64,000 nt of DNA from a virus. Taxonomy: Duplodnaviria > Heunggongvirae > Uroviricota > Caudoviricetes. This document shows, one piece after another, positions 10,018-18,777 of this stretch. Made by a program: the position numbers and the translations under genes. The notes beneath the pieces are model-generated. The model saw nothing but the letters and a program-made list of their open reading frames with translations. It was not told the DNA's origin and did no database searches. Each line of letters opens with the position of its first letter. Position 1 is the stretch's first letter. The stretch lies in IMG/VR virus record IMGVR_UViG_3300031134_000639. The stretch is one strand, 5' to 3'.

Positions 10018-10431
10018 ATGAACTTAGACTCCGATGTGCTCGCAGGGTACGACCCGGTTGAACTCAAAGTAGGCGTTGTGCGCAGCGTTACTGTAGTAGA
10101 CAACGTCTTAGGGATAACTGTGCGAGAAGACAACGGAAAGTTCTTCTTGGACTTCAAAACAGATGAAAGCCTGGCTAAACAAAACAGTCTTTACCCAAAA
10201 GAGAACGATAACGAACTTTTCCTTATAACTCTGTATGCTACTGTTTTCTGTGAGAACAAACCTCTCACAGCTGATTCGTGGGCTGAACGAAAACTTCTGA
10301 AGTTCTGGGAGAAAAACTACCCTAGAGGATTTTTCTATTACTTTACTGAACCCGATGAAGCCTTCTTGGTTGACGACAAAGTTTACACTGTAGAAGTCGC
10401 AATGAAAAGAGTTGGAGAATTTGATGGTTAA
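10018..10431 (+). CDS. Hypothetical protein ~137 aa
   Basis: Start moved to the Met directly downstream of the consensus promoter and RBS; the longer ORF version overlaps the opposite-strand Asp23 gene. Confidence 0.5.
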   Translation: MNLDSDVLAGYDPVELKVGVVRSVTVVDNVLGITVREDNGKFFLDFKTDESLAKQNSLYPKENDNELFLITLYATVFCENKPLTADSWAERKLLKFWEKNYPRGFFYYFTEPDEAFLVDDKVYTVEVAMKRVGEFDG

Positions 10432-11041
10432 CATGAGAACCCCAAACGAAGTTCATTACGCCCTTTTTCAGCATACCGCTGATTACATTCAGGATGAGAA
10501 AGCCCTCACAATGCTAAGTGAATTAGATAGCACACCTGCGCTATACCGTGAACTTATGATTAAACCGTTTCTACGGCCTGTTTTTGTTGACAAGATGTTG
10601 GCCCATAAGTTGGATGCTATCATGGACGCATTATACTCTGACAAAGAGAACGTGGAGCTTTCTACGAAGTTTGCTAACTTTCTGGAAGATTTAGGGAACA
10701 TTAGATTCCAAAGCAGCAAACACAACTTCTATAACGGTATCAGAAGAGTCTATGAAGGTGACCTGAATAAAAGGGAACTCAGCAAGAGGATAGTCAACAC
10801 TTTTGTTGGGCACGATCTCATCCAAGATAATGCCTCCCCAGGGTTAGCAAAGCATGGCACAGCAGCTATCTCTACTGGCCTTGAATTTGTTGCAGGGATG
10901 GCAGTGCTTACAGCCTACGATGTGGTGCCGGACTACTATCTTACACCCACCCATCTTATGGACAAAACAGGTGTCCAGCTTCTGTGGGATTTCTATTTCC
11001 GACTACATTCCATGTATCGCAAAGCAACGTTTACGCCTTAA
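10412..11041 (+). CDS. Hypothetical protein 209 aa
   Basis: ORF overlapping the upstream stop; no recognisable domain. Confidence 0.45.
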   Translation: MENLMVNMRTPNEVHYALFQHTADYIQDEKALTMLSELDSTPALYRELMIKPFLRPVFVDKMLAHKLDAIMDALYSDKENVELSTKFANFLEDLGNIRFQSSKHNFYNGIRRVYEGDLNKRELSKRIVNTFVGHDLIQDNASPGLAKHGTAAISTGLEFVAGMAVLTAYDVVPDYYLTPTHLMDKTGVQLLWDFYFRLHSMYRKATFTP

Positions 11042-11088
11042 AATGGCTGTGGCCTTGAACTATTTCAGTTCAAGGCCACAGCCATTTT
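11041..11088. terminator. Perfect 20-bp stem hairpin (aaatggctgtggccttgaac / gttcaaggccacagccattt)
   Basis: Inverted repeat between convergent genes. Confidence 0.65.
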
Positions 11089-11091
11089 AAG

Positions 11092-11751
11092 CTAGAAAGC
11101 TAGTCTTATTCTTTCACCCCAATTAGATGAGATAGGTCTGTGAGGTGAGATTCCATAGTAGCCCCCACCTACAGTTTTCATCATAGCATCAGAATACATC
11201 TGTTCATGCTCAGCTGTAAGAAGACCAGCTTCATCACGGAGAGGAGAAAGAGTGTTCTCTATCTCAGCTTTCAAATCACGGATACTCTGCAACGTTTTAA
11301 GCACCAGGTCATGTACCTTGGTCTCATACTGTACATCGTAAGGCTGGACTACGGTGAAAGCCCCGCTGATGTAAGTATCAAACACAGCCTGCTCAACTTC
11401 GCCTGCGAGTTCACTCCAGGTCTCAAGAGAGGCCTCAAAGCTTTTGGCGTTCTTGCGAGCTTTAACAGGGAAGCTGCGTCCTTTAACGTTCTCTAACTCA
11501 AGTCCTACACTTCTCCAAGAAAAGTATGACTCAGGTGCGGTGAAATAAGTTTTTCCGTCACTGAGCTTAACTCCACCGTCTTCCTTAAGGATGGCTACAT
11601 GGAAGTGTCGCAGGCCATTAGGCGTTGAAAAGTAGTCACGGATACGAAGTACCCCAATGGGGCTAGGAACAATCTGGGCATCTTCCAGGAACTTCTGGAA
11701 CATCTCATTTTTTATTCTAGCAGAAGTGCTGATGTAAGGTGTTTGAGTCAT
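11092..11751 (-). CDS. Family-A paralog, hypothetical 219 aa
   Basis: EDGGVKLSDGKTYFT, FPVKARKNAKSFE. Confidence 0.6.
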   Translation of the reverse strand: MTQTPYISTSARIKNEMFQKFLEDAQIVPSPIGVLRIRDYFSTPNGLRHFHVAILKEDGGVKLSDGKTYFTAPESYFSWRSVGLELENVKGRSFPVKARKNAKSFEASLETWSELAGEVEQAVFDTYISGAFTVVQPYDVQYETKVHDLVLKTLQSIRDLKAEIENTLSPLRDEAGLLTAEHEQMYSDAMMKTVGGGYYGISPHRPISSNWGERIRLAF

Positions 11752-11778
11752 AACTCCTATTTTATCATACTTTTGAGG

Positions 11779-12396
11779 TCAGTGCCAGCTGACTTTCATT
11801 GTAATAGCAGGTTGGAGAGGTCTCGTCCAGTAAGCCCAACCCTGACCGTTATTAACCGGGAACATTCTTTCGTGCTCCTCATACAACTCAGTTGCTTTAA
11901 GCGTTAAAGCCTCAACAGCTTTTGTCATCTCGTTCTTCATCTGAAGGAACTTTTGGTTCTTTTCAACCTGTAGATCATGCACTTTTGTTTCATACACAAC
12001 ATCCCAAGGGAGGATAGAAGACATGCCTCTACTGATGTAAGCTTCAAAGATTGCTTTTTCAACTTCCTGACCCTGTTCAGACCATACTGCAAGAGCAGGT
12101 CCAAGGCTTTTACCAGAGCCTTTTCTTGCTTTCAGAGGAAAAGTATCTCCCTTAGTGTTTTCAATTATGATACCACTGCTTGTCCAACTGAAGAACCTAT
12201 CAGACGTGGTAACATATGTTTTACCATCACTCAGTTTCAATCCGCCGTCTTCAGGCAAGACAGCAACGTAGAACATGATCAAGCCATTTTCCATCATAGA
12301 CGGAATCTTACGGACACGGATGGCTCCAACGGAAGTAGGAACGAGTTCACTGTTTTCCATGAAATCAGTGAAGTATCCAGATGGGGAGTTTGTCAT
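11779..12396 (-). CDS. Family-A paralog, hypothetical ~205 aa
   Basis: EDGGLKLSDGKTYVT, FPLKARKGSGKS; start trimmed to an internal Met. Confidence 0.55.
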   Translation of the reverse strand: MTNSPSGYFTDFMENSELVPTSVGAIRVRKIPSMMENGLIMFYVAVLPEDGGLKLSDGKTYVTTSDRFFSWTSSGIIIENTKGDTFPLKARKGSGKSLGPALAVWSEQGQEVEKAIFEAYISRGMSSILPWDVVYETKVHDLQVEKNQKFLQMKNEMTKAVEALTLKATELYEEHERMFPVNNGQGWAYWTRPLQPAITMKVSWH

Positions 12397-12479
12397 ACTA
12401 GCATTATACCATAGTCGCAGTCCGACTGTCCAGCCCAAATTGTGCACAATGACATATTCAAGTCTCCCGAAACAACTGC

Positions 12480-13127
12480 TTAAAAAGCTAGTCTAATATT
12501 GTTTGCAAAGCCTGAGTGGATTGGGCGTTCAGCTGGCGTGTGGTACTTACCTGGTTGAAGCACAGGATAATTCGCTTCATGCTCCTCTGATAACTGTGAT
12601 GCTTCGTCTGCCAGGCTTTTGACGCTTGCTTCCACCTCAGCTTTGAAATAGCGAAGTGTGTTTACTTTCTTGATCACGAGATCATGAACTTTTGTTTCGT
12701 AGGCTACGTCAAAAGGCTGGCAGAAACTCACGCTGCCGCTGATGTAGCTATCAAAAATGGCTTGCTCCACCTCGCTTGCAAGAGTGCTCCAAGAGTCCAA
12801 AGAAGACTCAAAACCTTTTGTTCCCTTACGCGCTTTCACAGGAAAATTGCGTCCCTTAGCATTGTCCAGGTTGAGTCCGCTGCTCGACCATGAAAACATT
12901 GCTTCCGGCCCAGTAAAGTAAGTTTTTCCGTCACTGAGTTTTAAACCGCCATCTTCAACGAGGATGGCGACACTAAAACTGCGGCAACCATCGGTAGTAG
13001 AGTAATTGTCAGCAACTCGTATAACACCAACTGGGGTTGGGACAATTTCAGCTTCAGTCATGAACCGTCTGAAAGACTCTGACTTCCATGAGCCGAGTGA
13101 ACTAAAGGAAGGAGTATTAGAAGTCAT
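12480..13127 (-). CDS. Family-A paralog, hypothetical ~215 aa
   Basis: EDGGLKLSDGKTYFT, FPVKARKGTKGFE; close paralog of 11092..11751. Confidence 0.6.
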   Translation of the reverse strand: MTSNTPSFSSLGSWKSESFRRFMTEAEIVPTPVGVIRVADNYSTTDGCRSFSVAILVEDGGLKLSDGKTYFTGPEAMFSWSSSGLNLDNAKGRNFPVKARKGTKGFESSLDSWSTLASEVEQAIFDSYISGSVSFCQPFDVAYETKVHDLVIKKVNTLRYFKAEVEASVKSLADEASQLSEEHEANYPVLQPGKYHTPAERPIHSGFANNIRLAF

Positions 13128-13212
13128 AGCTATATGATACCAGAAAAAGGTTACCAAAGCAAGCTAACAACTGTTAGAACACAACACTAAGCAAGCATGC
13201 TACAATAGTCAA

Positions 13213-13806
13213 ATGGATTCCTACAGAGACCAAGAAGTGTACTCAACGCTATATGAGCACATCTATGGCGTGAAGCCTACCAGTGTAGATGACGAAAGTA
13301 TCATAGAACTAAGAAAACAAGAAGTACCTGATACGTACATTCGGGGTCTCACTGAAGTAAAGATTGACGGTCCTAAGCTAACCAGGATGCTTAACTCCAA
13401 AATTCGTACCGTGCTGGAGTACGCATGGAAGAACCCAACCGGTGAGCACTTTGATTCAGTAGTTAGCCTGCTTAAGAAGATAGATGAAACCAGAGATGTA
13501 CAAAGTGTATACTTGTTTGCGTATCTAATGAAGAACCTACAAGCAGAAAACATGAGTTACCATGATGGGATGACACAACAGGAGGTAGCTGACTATCTTA
13601 CCTCCATATTCTGGGAGCATTCAATCATTCGCGGCATGGTGGAGGCTTTGTTGGAGTTCCAGGTAACTATAAGGCTATCAAGGCATTTTCCAGCTTCAGA
13701 GCAGTATGACAAGCTTGGTAAATTAATGCCATCATGGACCAAATCTTGGGCGAACTATTTAGAGCTTCACCAGGTATACGAATCAATCAAACATACCTGC
13801 TCTTAA
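13213..13806 (+). CDS. Hypothetical protein 197 aa
   Basis: ORF only. Confidence 0.45.
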   Translation: MDSYRDQEVYSTLYEHIYGVKPTSVDDESIIELRKQEVPDTYIRGLTEVKIDGPKLTRMLNSKIRTVLEYAWKNPTGEHFDSVVSLLKKIDETRDVQSVYLFAYLMKNLQAENMSYHDGMTQQEVADYLTSIFWEHSIIRGMVEALLEFQVTIRLSRHFPASEQYDKLGKLMPSWTKSWANYLELHQVYESIKHTCS

Positions 13807-13814
13807 GTCTGTAT

Positions 13815-13860
13815 ATGTGGAGGAGGGTGACACACAATTGTGTGCCACCCTCCTCCACAT
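13815..13860. terminator. Hairpin atgtggaggagggtgacacac-aatt-gtgtgccaccctcctccacat
   Basis: ~20-bp inverted repeat between convergent genes. Confidence 0.65.
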
Positions 13861-13866
13861 AGTTGT

Positions 13867-14514
13867 TTAAGGCTTGACGAAAGTGTTCAAAGGGAAATCA
13901 TCCCGACCGCGCCATGCTGCGTTCTGGGTAACATGGTTAGCGCGAACATACTTCAGGACCTTCCAGGGGAAGTCATCATAGGCGATGGAGCCAGCGTCAC
14001 GGATAACGAACCCTTCTGAGGTCTCGCGGTCGTGAGAGCGACCCCAAACCTTAGTGGCCTCAGTGAAGTCTGTACCACGGTAAAGGACTGGCACCATGCT
14101 GAGTCCAAGCAGTTCGCACCACTCGGTTGCTTCATCCCACGGAAGAAGAACATCATCCTGCCAGATTCCGAACACCATGAAAACAGAGGGCATGTCATCG
14201 TAGCTGATTGCCTTGCGGGCGTACATGTTCTCACCAGAAATGCGCATGTTCGCTGGAATGTCCCAGCGAAGTTCTGACCACAGCTTTCGCATGGGAGCGT
14301 CCCACAGATTAGTGGTTGCATCCACAGAACGCCCATAACTGAATTCACGTCCAATTGTGTAGTTTGAGCCGTCCAATTTTTCTGTGACAATGAGTTCAAT
14401 ACCGCTCTGAAGGTAGGCGTGAGCCTCCGGGCTGCCCATCTTGTCATCTGAGGTCATCCCCAGGCTACCCTTCCAGTGACTGGTTCGGGGGTACTTCTTA
14501 CGCTGAGCATCCAT
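13867..14514 (-). CDS. ATP-dependent RNA ligase (minimal Rnl2/Rnl5-like nucleotidyltransferase), ~215 aa
   Basis: KYPRTSHW, motif I EKLDGSN, motif III FMVFGIW, motif IV EGFVIRD, motif V WKVLKYVRANH. Start at the internal Met, preceded by AAGGAGGTGA. Confidence 0.75.
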   Translation of the reverse strand: MDAQRKKYPRTSHWKGSLGMTSDDKMGSPEAHAYLQSGIELIVTEKLDGSNYTIGREFSYGRSVDATTNLWDAPMRKLWSELRWDIPANMRISGENMYARKAISYDDMPSVFMVFGIWQDDVLLPWDEATEWCELLGLSMVPVLYRGTDFTEATKVWGRSHDRETSEGFVIRDAGSIAYDDFPWKVLKYVRANHVTQNAAWRGRDDFPLNTFVKP

Positions 14515-14617
14515 TTGGCTCACCTCCTTAGTTGGCTGAGATTTTAGTTTATCACACAGTAAACGATGAAGCAAGCTCCGCCCTATTAAAACCTGCTGAA
14601 TGTGATACACTTGTCTC

Positions 14618-15109
14618 ATGAACAACTTCAATTTTGATTACCAAGTGTTCGTGGACGGCTCCTCCGGGTTCATAGCCTATTTGCCTATTTTAAGTCTGAT
14701 GATAGGTTTCGTCGCACTGCTATTTGGTGTAATTATGTTCTCAATGATCTCCAAGGCCTTACGTATCTTGTGTTTCTCTGTTTTTGTTGCCGCAGCAATC
14801 ACATCATGTTTTGGTTTCAGCTTTGATGCATCCGAAGAAAAACGGGCTGACGGTATCTATGCTTACAATGTTTCTAGTGTAAGCAATTGGGCTGAAAGCA
14901 ACTACGGTATTAGGATGCCACAAAGTGAAGTTGAGTATATGCTTGGTGTAAATGAGCCAGCTAGGACTCTTCTGAGGCCTCCTTCTCTAGACCCTGCTGA
15001 TGACGATGTTTTCTACTCAGCCTACGGTGTAGACAGTTCAGGTAATACAGTTGAAGTCACTTTAACAGCCATTGATGGAAACTTTAAGCTCGTTACTCTG
15101 AAGGACTAA
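14618..15109 (+). CDS. Membrane protein, family-C paralog, 163 aa
   Basis: Two N-terminal hydrophobic helices; C-terminal region aligns with 15159..15689. Confidence 0.5.
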   Translation: MNNFNFDYQVFVDGSSGFIAYLPILSLMIGFVALLFGVIMFSMISKALRILCFSVFVAAAITSCFGFSFDASEEKRADGIYAYNVSSVSNWAESNYGIRMPQSEVEYMLGVNEPARTLLRPPSLDPADDDVFYSAYGVDSSGNTVEVTLTAIDGNFKLVTLKD

Positions 15110-15158
15110 GCTGCATAAGCCCGAACCCGCTTAACCTGGCTGCCTAAACTAGAAGTTA

Positions 15159-15689
15159 ATGTGCTATACTTCCTATATGCGTAGTTTTAACTTTGAGGTC
15201 GCCCCGTTCCCAGCTGAAATACCATTTTTCTTCACCGGCCCAGGTCCTGCAATTTTTATTGTCCTCAGTCTTGTAGCCGCCTGTCTGAGCTTATGGGCAT
15301 GGACGGACTTTGGTGACTACAAGACTAGGAAAGGCCTTATCATTGCTCTGGGGCTAACATTTGCGGGTGCTGGATTAGTTGTAGGAGCAGTGTGGAACAT
15401 ATACGCTCTCGCTTCCCGCTCTGGCTCAGTAGATGCTGCATATGGGCAAACAGCACTCAACGTTTCTGAGTGGGCTAACGAAAACTATGAGATGCAGATG
15501 GATGGTCAGCAGGCGATGAACCTGGTGTACAACTATGATTTGTCAGCTGAAAGCGCCGGGTTGTTAGAGTACGGTAAGACTAAGACTCTCAACGCTGAGG
15601 GTGACGTTATTGAAGTTCAACTTGTGAAAGTAAACGGAGTCTACAAACTTCTCAGCACGGATGTAGCTGAAATTCCGTTACCTGAGTAG
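15159..15689 (+). CDS. Membrane protein, family-C paralog, 176 aa
   Basis: Hydrophobic N-terminus; ...NVSEWANENYEMQMDG...EVQLVKVNGVYKLLST parallels the neighbouring ORF. Confidence 0.5.
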   Translation: MCYTSYMRSFNFEVAPFPAEIPFFFTGPGPAIFIVLSLVAACLSLWAWTDFGDYKTRKGLIIALGLTFAGAGLVVGAVWNIYALASRSGSVDAAYGQTALNVSEWANENYEMQMDGQQAMNLVYNYDLSAESAGLLEYGKTKTLNAEGDVIEVQLVKVNGVYKLLSTDVAEIPLPE

Positions 15690-15698
15690 ACCGAGTAA

Positions 15699-15742
15699 GC
15701 AGAAGGGGTGTAACCATAATCTTGTGGTTACACCCCTTCTGC
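15699..15742. terminator. Hairpin gcagaaggggtgtaacca-taatcttg-tggttacaccccttctgc followed by ttttg
   Basis: 18-bp perfect inverted repeat plus T-tract. Confidence 0.7.
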
Positions 15743-15758
15743 TTTTGTATGCAAAGTC

Positions 15759-16076
15759 TTAGTTGAACATGGACTTAGGGAGAATAGGCTCCTCTTGTAG
15801 TCTCTTAGATTCGCCACTGGCGAGAGCAACTGGTGCTGGAGTGTTGCCGACTGCTAAGATTTCTTCAGTCTCCTTGTTTTTGAGGGTCAGCATGTTCTTA
15901 CCTAAAAGTAAGATGCTTGCTCCATATAGTGCGGTAACCCCGAAGGTGCTAACGAGAGGAAGCAATATGGGTGACGCTACAGAGATGGCAGTAATGAGAA
16001 CACCACCTAAGATAACCCCTCCAGCTGCTTTCATAGTCTGCTGAGGAGTTATCTTGCTAACATTTTTTGTGCTCAT
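15759..16076 (-). CDS. Small membrane protein 105 aa
   Basis: Two predicted TM helices. Confidence 0.4.
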   Translation of the reverse strand: MSTKNVSKITPQQTMKAAGGVILGGVLITAISVASPILLPLVSTFGVTALYGASILLLGKNMLTLKNKETEEILAVGNTPAPVALASGESKRLQEEPILPKSMFN

Positions 16077-16090
16077 AGTTCTGCCTTGTC

Positions 16091-16675
16091 TTAGTTGAAT
16101 AGGGTGCGGGGAAGAATTGTTGTTGGCGTTTTAGCCATTGCTTTTTGTGCGCGAGTGGCTGTCATCTGCTTTTTCTGAGGTAATGGCACAACTTTTCTAG
16201 TTAGAACGCCTTCACCAGTAGTGTCATACCGCATACTGAGTTTAGTCAGGTTTTGCTTGTCGGAGTAGGCAGTGCAGTTGAGCGTAAGAAGAGTTTCAGC
16301 TTGCTGGTCTGTGAGGTTTATGCCGTAAACTTTTCGGATATGACCTTGGAAGTCTGATACATATGTGTCCAGCTGCTTGTTATACTCAATGTCGCTCTTT
16401 GCTTTCTTGTGAGAAGAAAGTATTTCATAGGTTATAAACCCAGTTGCGAGTACACCAAACCCAGCTGATCCCATAGCTATGACGTTTGGTGCCATGAGGA
16501 GTAAACCAGTCAACCCAGTAGCTGCTGTCGTTGAACCCATGGTCACACTCTGTACCACGTGTGATAGCTTGGTGTTAACAACCTGTCGTGGGAGTAGGCC
16601 CTCTGGCTTTCTGTAAGCTGGTTTACCAAGGTTTCCTTCAACTGGTTTCACAGCTTTGTAGTTCATGTCAGTCAT
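16091..16675 (-). CDS. Membrane protein 194 aa
   Basis: Central hydrophobic helices. Confidence 0.4.
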   Translation of the reverse strand: MTDMNYKAVKPVEGNLGKPAYRKPEGLLPRQVVNTKLSHVVQSVTMGSTTAATGLTGLLLMAPNVIAMGSAGFGVLATGFITYEILSSHKKAKSDIEYNKQLDTYVSDFQGHIRKVYGINLTDQQAETLLTLNCTAYSDKQNLTKLSMRYDTTGEGVLTRKVVPLPQKKQMTATRAQKAMAKTPTTILPRTLFN

Positions 16676-16679
16676 TCTT

Positions 16680-17369
16680 TTACTTTACCATATCCCGGCT
16701 GTGCAGCTTTATAATTTGCTGGAAACTTACCCAGCGGTTCAACGAGTCCAAGGTATTCCGGGTTAGCCAATGAATGCCCGAATAGTCCTCTTTCAGGTTT
16801 ATACAATTGAAATCGTGAGGTAGAGGGCGGAAGATATCACTTGCCACCCTCTGAAACAGTAACTGCGATTCCATCATGAAAACACGCATCGCCTGGTTCA
16901 ACGGTTTATGGTGTGACTCTTGTTTGAAAATTGGGTGGAGCATAATCCGGTCAATGGTCTCGTAAATTTCATCCTGGCTCTTTAACTCAGGGTCATAACG
17001 TAGTTGCAGAATGTCTTTGTGCCATTCTTCATTCCTTTTCATGTTCTTTGTGAAAAAGGGGCGACTTATCACATACGGTTCGCGGAATGCATTTATAACC
17101 GGATCTGAGATAGGTTTTCCATACTCTTTGTCGTATATAATGTGTTTGACCAAGATAGTACGGTAGAAAACGTTCCAGCTAGACAGTCTTTCTTGCAGTA
17201 AGCTTAAACTGTGGTTCACAGCTGTCTCCCACCGGTCTAGCTTTATCACGTCCGGCGACAGGAGCTTCATCTGAAGCTCTTCAGGGAGACCCTGGCACTC
17301 TGTAGGCACCACATATTCTGTGACCTTAGAGACCAGCTGAAAGTAGTGATAGTTAGTGAAGATATGCAT
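16680..17369 (-). CDS. Hypothetical protein 229 aa
   Basis: ORF only. Confidence 0.4.
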   Translation of the reverse strand: MHIFTNYHYFQLVSKVTEYVVPTECQGLPEELQMKLLSPDVIKLDRWETAVNHSLSLLQERLSSWNVFYRTILVKHIIYDKEYGKPISDPVINAFREPYVISRPFFTKNMKRNEEWHKDILQLRYDPELKSQDEIYETIDRIMLHPIFKQESHHKPLNQAMRVFMMESQLLFQRVASDIFRPLPHDFNCINLKEDYSGIHWLTRNTLDSLNRWVSFQQIIKLHSRDMVK

Positions 17370-17372
17370 AGC

Positions 17373-17642
17373 TTAAAGCAGCCCAAGCTCCCAGACTTTA
17401 CGCTTTCTAGGGTCAACTATCTGAATCACTCTACCCGCAGCCTGCTCATCGTCTAGATACTTATAGACTGCTATGACTCTCCTGATAGCTTCTGTGAAAC
17501 TGATACCATGCCTGTCTGCAATATCCTTCAAAGCCATCGCAGTCTCTTCATTTAAGTTTACGCTCAAACGGACAAGGTCAGCCCGCATCTGTGGAGTCCA
17601 TGTTCTTCCACCTGAAACTGCACCTTGCTCTTGTTCGCTCAT
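17373..17642 (-). CDS. Small DNA-binding-like protein (RHH/CopG-like?), 89 aa
   Basis: MALKDIADRHGISFTEAIRRVIAVYKY resembles ribbon-helix-helix or antitoxin-like regulators. Confidence 0.35.
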   Translation of the reverse strand: MSEQEQGAVSGGRTWTPQMRADLVRLSVNLNEETAMALKDIADRHGISFTEAIRRVIAVYKYLDDEQAAGRVIQIVDPRKRKVWELGLL

Positions 17643-17731
17643 AGCTCCATCATATCATGTTTACGGGTTGACACGGTGAAGTGTTTCTGATATCTTTACA
17701 GTATCCGCTTTCCACTACTTTAGGAGACCCT

Positions 17732-18061
17732 ATGGCTGACTCTGTTGCAACTGTTATGAACATCTCCTATGTTCCCGCTCCTGGAACAACGATTTGGTTC
17801 GTCTCCCAGGATGAGTTCACAGAGGGAATGGAGATCAGCGGTGTTGTCACAAGTGTCAGCCTCACACACATCAAGGTTGATGTTACCAACGGTGGTGGCG
17901 TAGAAGGATGGACTATTCCGCTCAATGAGCCTAACAGCCCTTTCTTCTCCAGCCGCGAGGATCTTCTGGATGACCTCTCCTTCAAGCTGCACCAGGAGAA
18001 CCTGCGTCTTACTCGTGAGAACCAGTACTACCGTGCCAGGTACGGTCCTCTCCCTGAGTAA
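17732..18061 (+). CDS. Hypothetical protein ~109 aa
   Basis: Start at the Met preceded by AGGAGA; GC3-rich. Confidence 0.4.
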   Translation: MADSVATVMNISYVPAPGTTIWFVSQDEFTEGMEISGVVTSVSLTHIKVDVTNGGGVEGWTIPLNEPNSPFFSSREDLLDDLSFKLHQENLRLTRENQYYRARYGPLPE

Positions 18062-18103
18062 ATTGGCCTTAGACTAACAGCTTTTATTCTAGACCGTTGA
18101 AGT

Positions 18104-18682
18104 TTACGATGTACGAGTAAACATTTCTTTAGGAAGAACAGGATTAGCTTTCTGTGGAGTAGGAGCTTCAATGCTAGCGGAGGAAGTAGACTTAGAGTAA
18201 TCTTTCTCGGGAGTAGTAAAGTGCTCTACGTAACGCAGAATTCCGTTGCTTGAGCCGTTAACGTAGACCATCTTAAGCTCTGTATCAACACCATTCACTT
18301 CACCACGGTATTCGTTGTAGGCTAGTAGGCTCTCTGAAGCCCACATGGATAGACGCAAACCATAAACGTTATAGATGTGCTCACCGAACTCCTCAATTTG
18401 CTTTCTAGCTTTCTTATTGCGTTTACGTTCCAGGAAAGCCCAGATAGCGAAAGGTGCGGTCAGGATAGCGCCAGCAAGCAGATACACACCTAGTTCGGGA
18501 AGCAGCCCTAAAGCCAGCTGTACACCTTCACCATAAATCTCTTTGGTTTTTTGCGGGGTATTTGTGAGCGTTCCAATATATGCGCAAACAGGAAAAATGA
18601 AAGCTAGAATACCAATCAGGGTTGCTAATGTTGTTCCTGAATAACTCTGTGTAATAATTTTGGGTTTGTTATAAGTCTCCAT
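18104..18682 (-). CDS. Membrane protein 192 aa
   Basis: Multiple hydrophobic helices. Confidence 0.4.
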   Translation of the reverse strand: METYNKPKIITQSYSGTTLATLIGILAFIFPVCAYIGTLTNTPQKTKEIYGEGVQLALGLLPELGVYLLAGAILTAPFAIWAFLERKRNKKARKQIEEFGEHIYNVYGLRLSMWASESLLAYNEYRGEVNGVDTELKMVYVNGSSNGILRYVEHFTTPEKDYSKSTSSASIEAPTPQKANPVLPKEMFTRTS

Positions 18683-18729
18683 TTTTGAAGCTTACCAGAC
18701 TTTTCACTTTTTGCCCCTAAAAAGACACA

Positions 18730-18767
18730 AAAATGTGGCTCAAGCTAAGTTGCTTGAGCCACATTTT
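18730..18767. terminator. Hairpin aaaatgtggctcaagc-taagtt-gcttgagccacatttt
   Basis: 16-bp perfect inverted repeat with flanking A/T tracts on both sides. Confidence 0.65.
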
Positions 18768-18777
18768 TGCTTACAGC

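Noticed and set aside
13953-14447. 164-aa ORF in an alternative frame within the RNA ligase gene
   Set aside because: Same strand but off frame; the annotated frame carries all ligase motifs.
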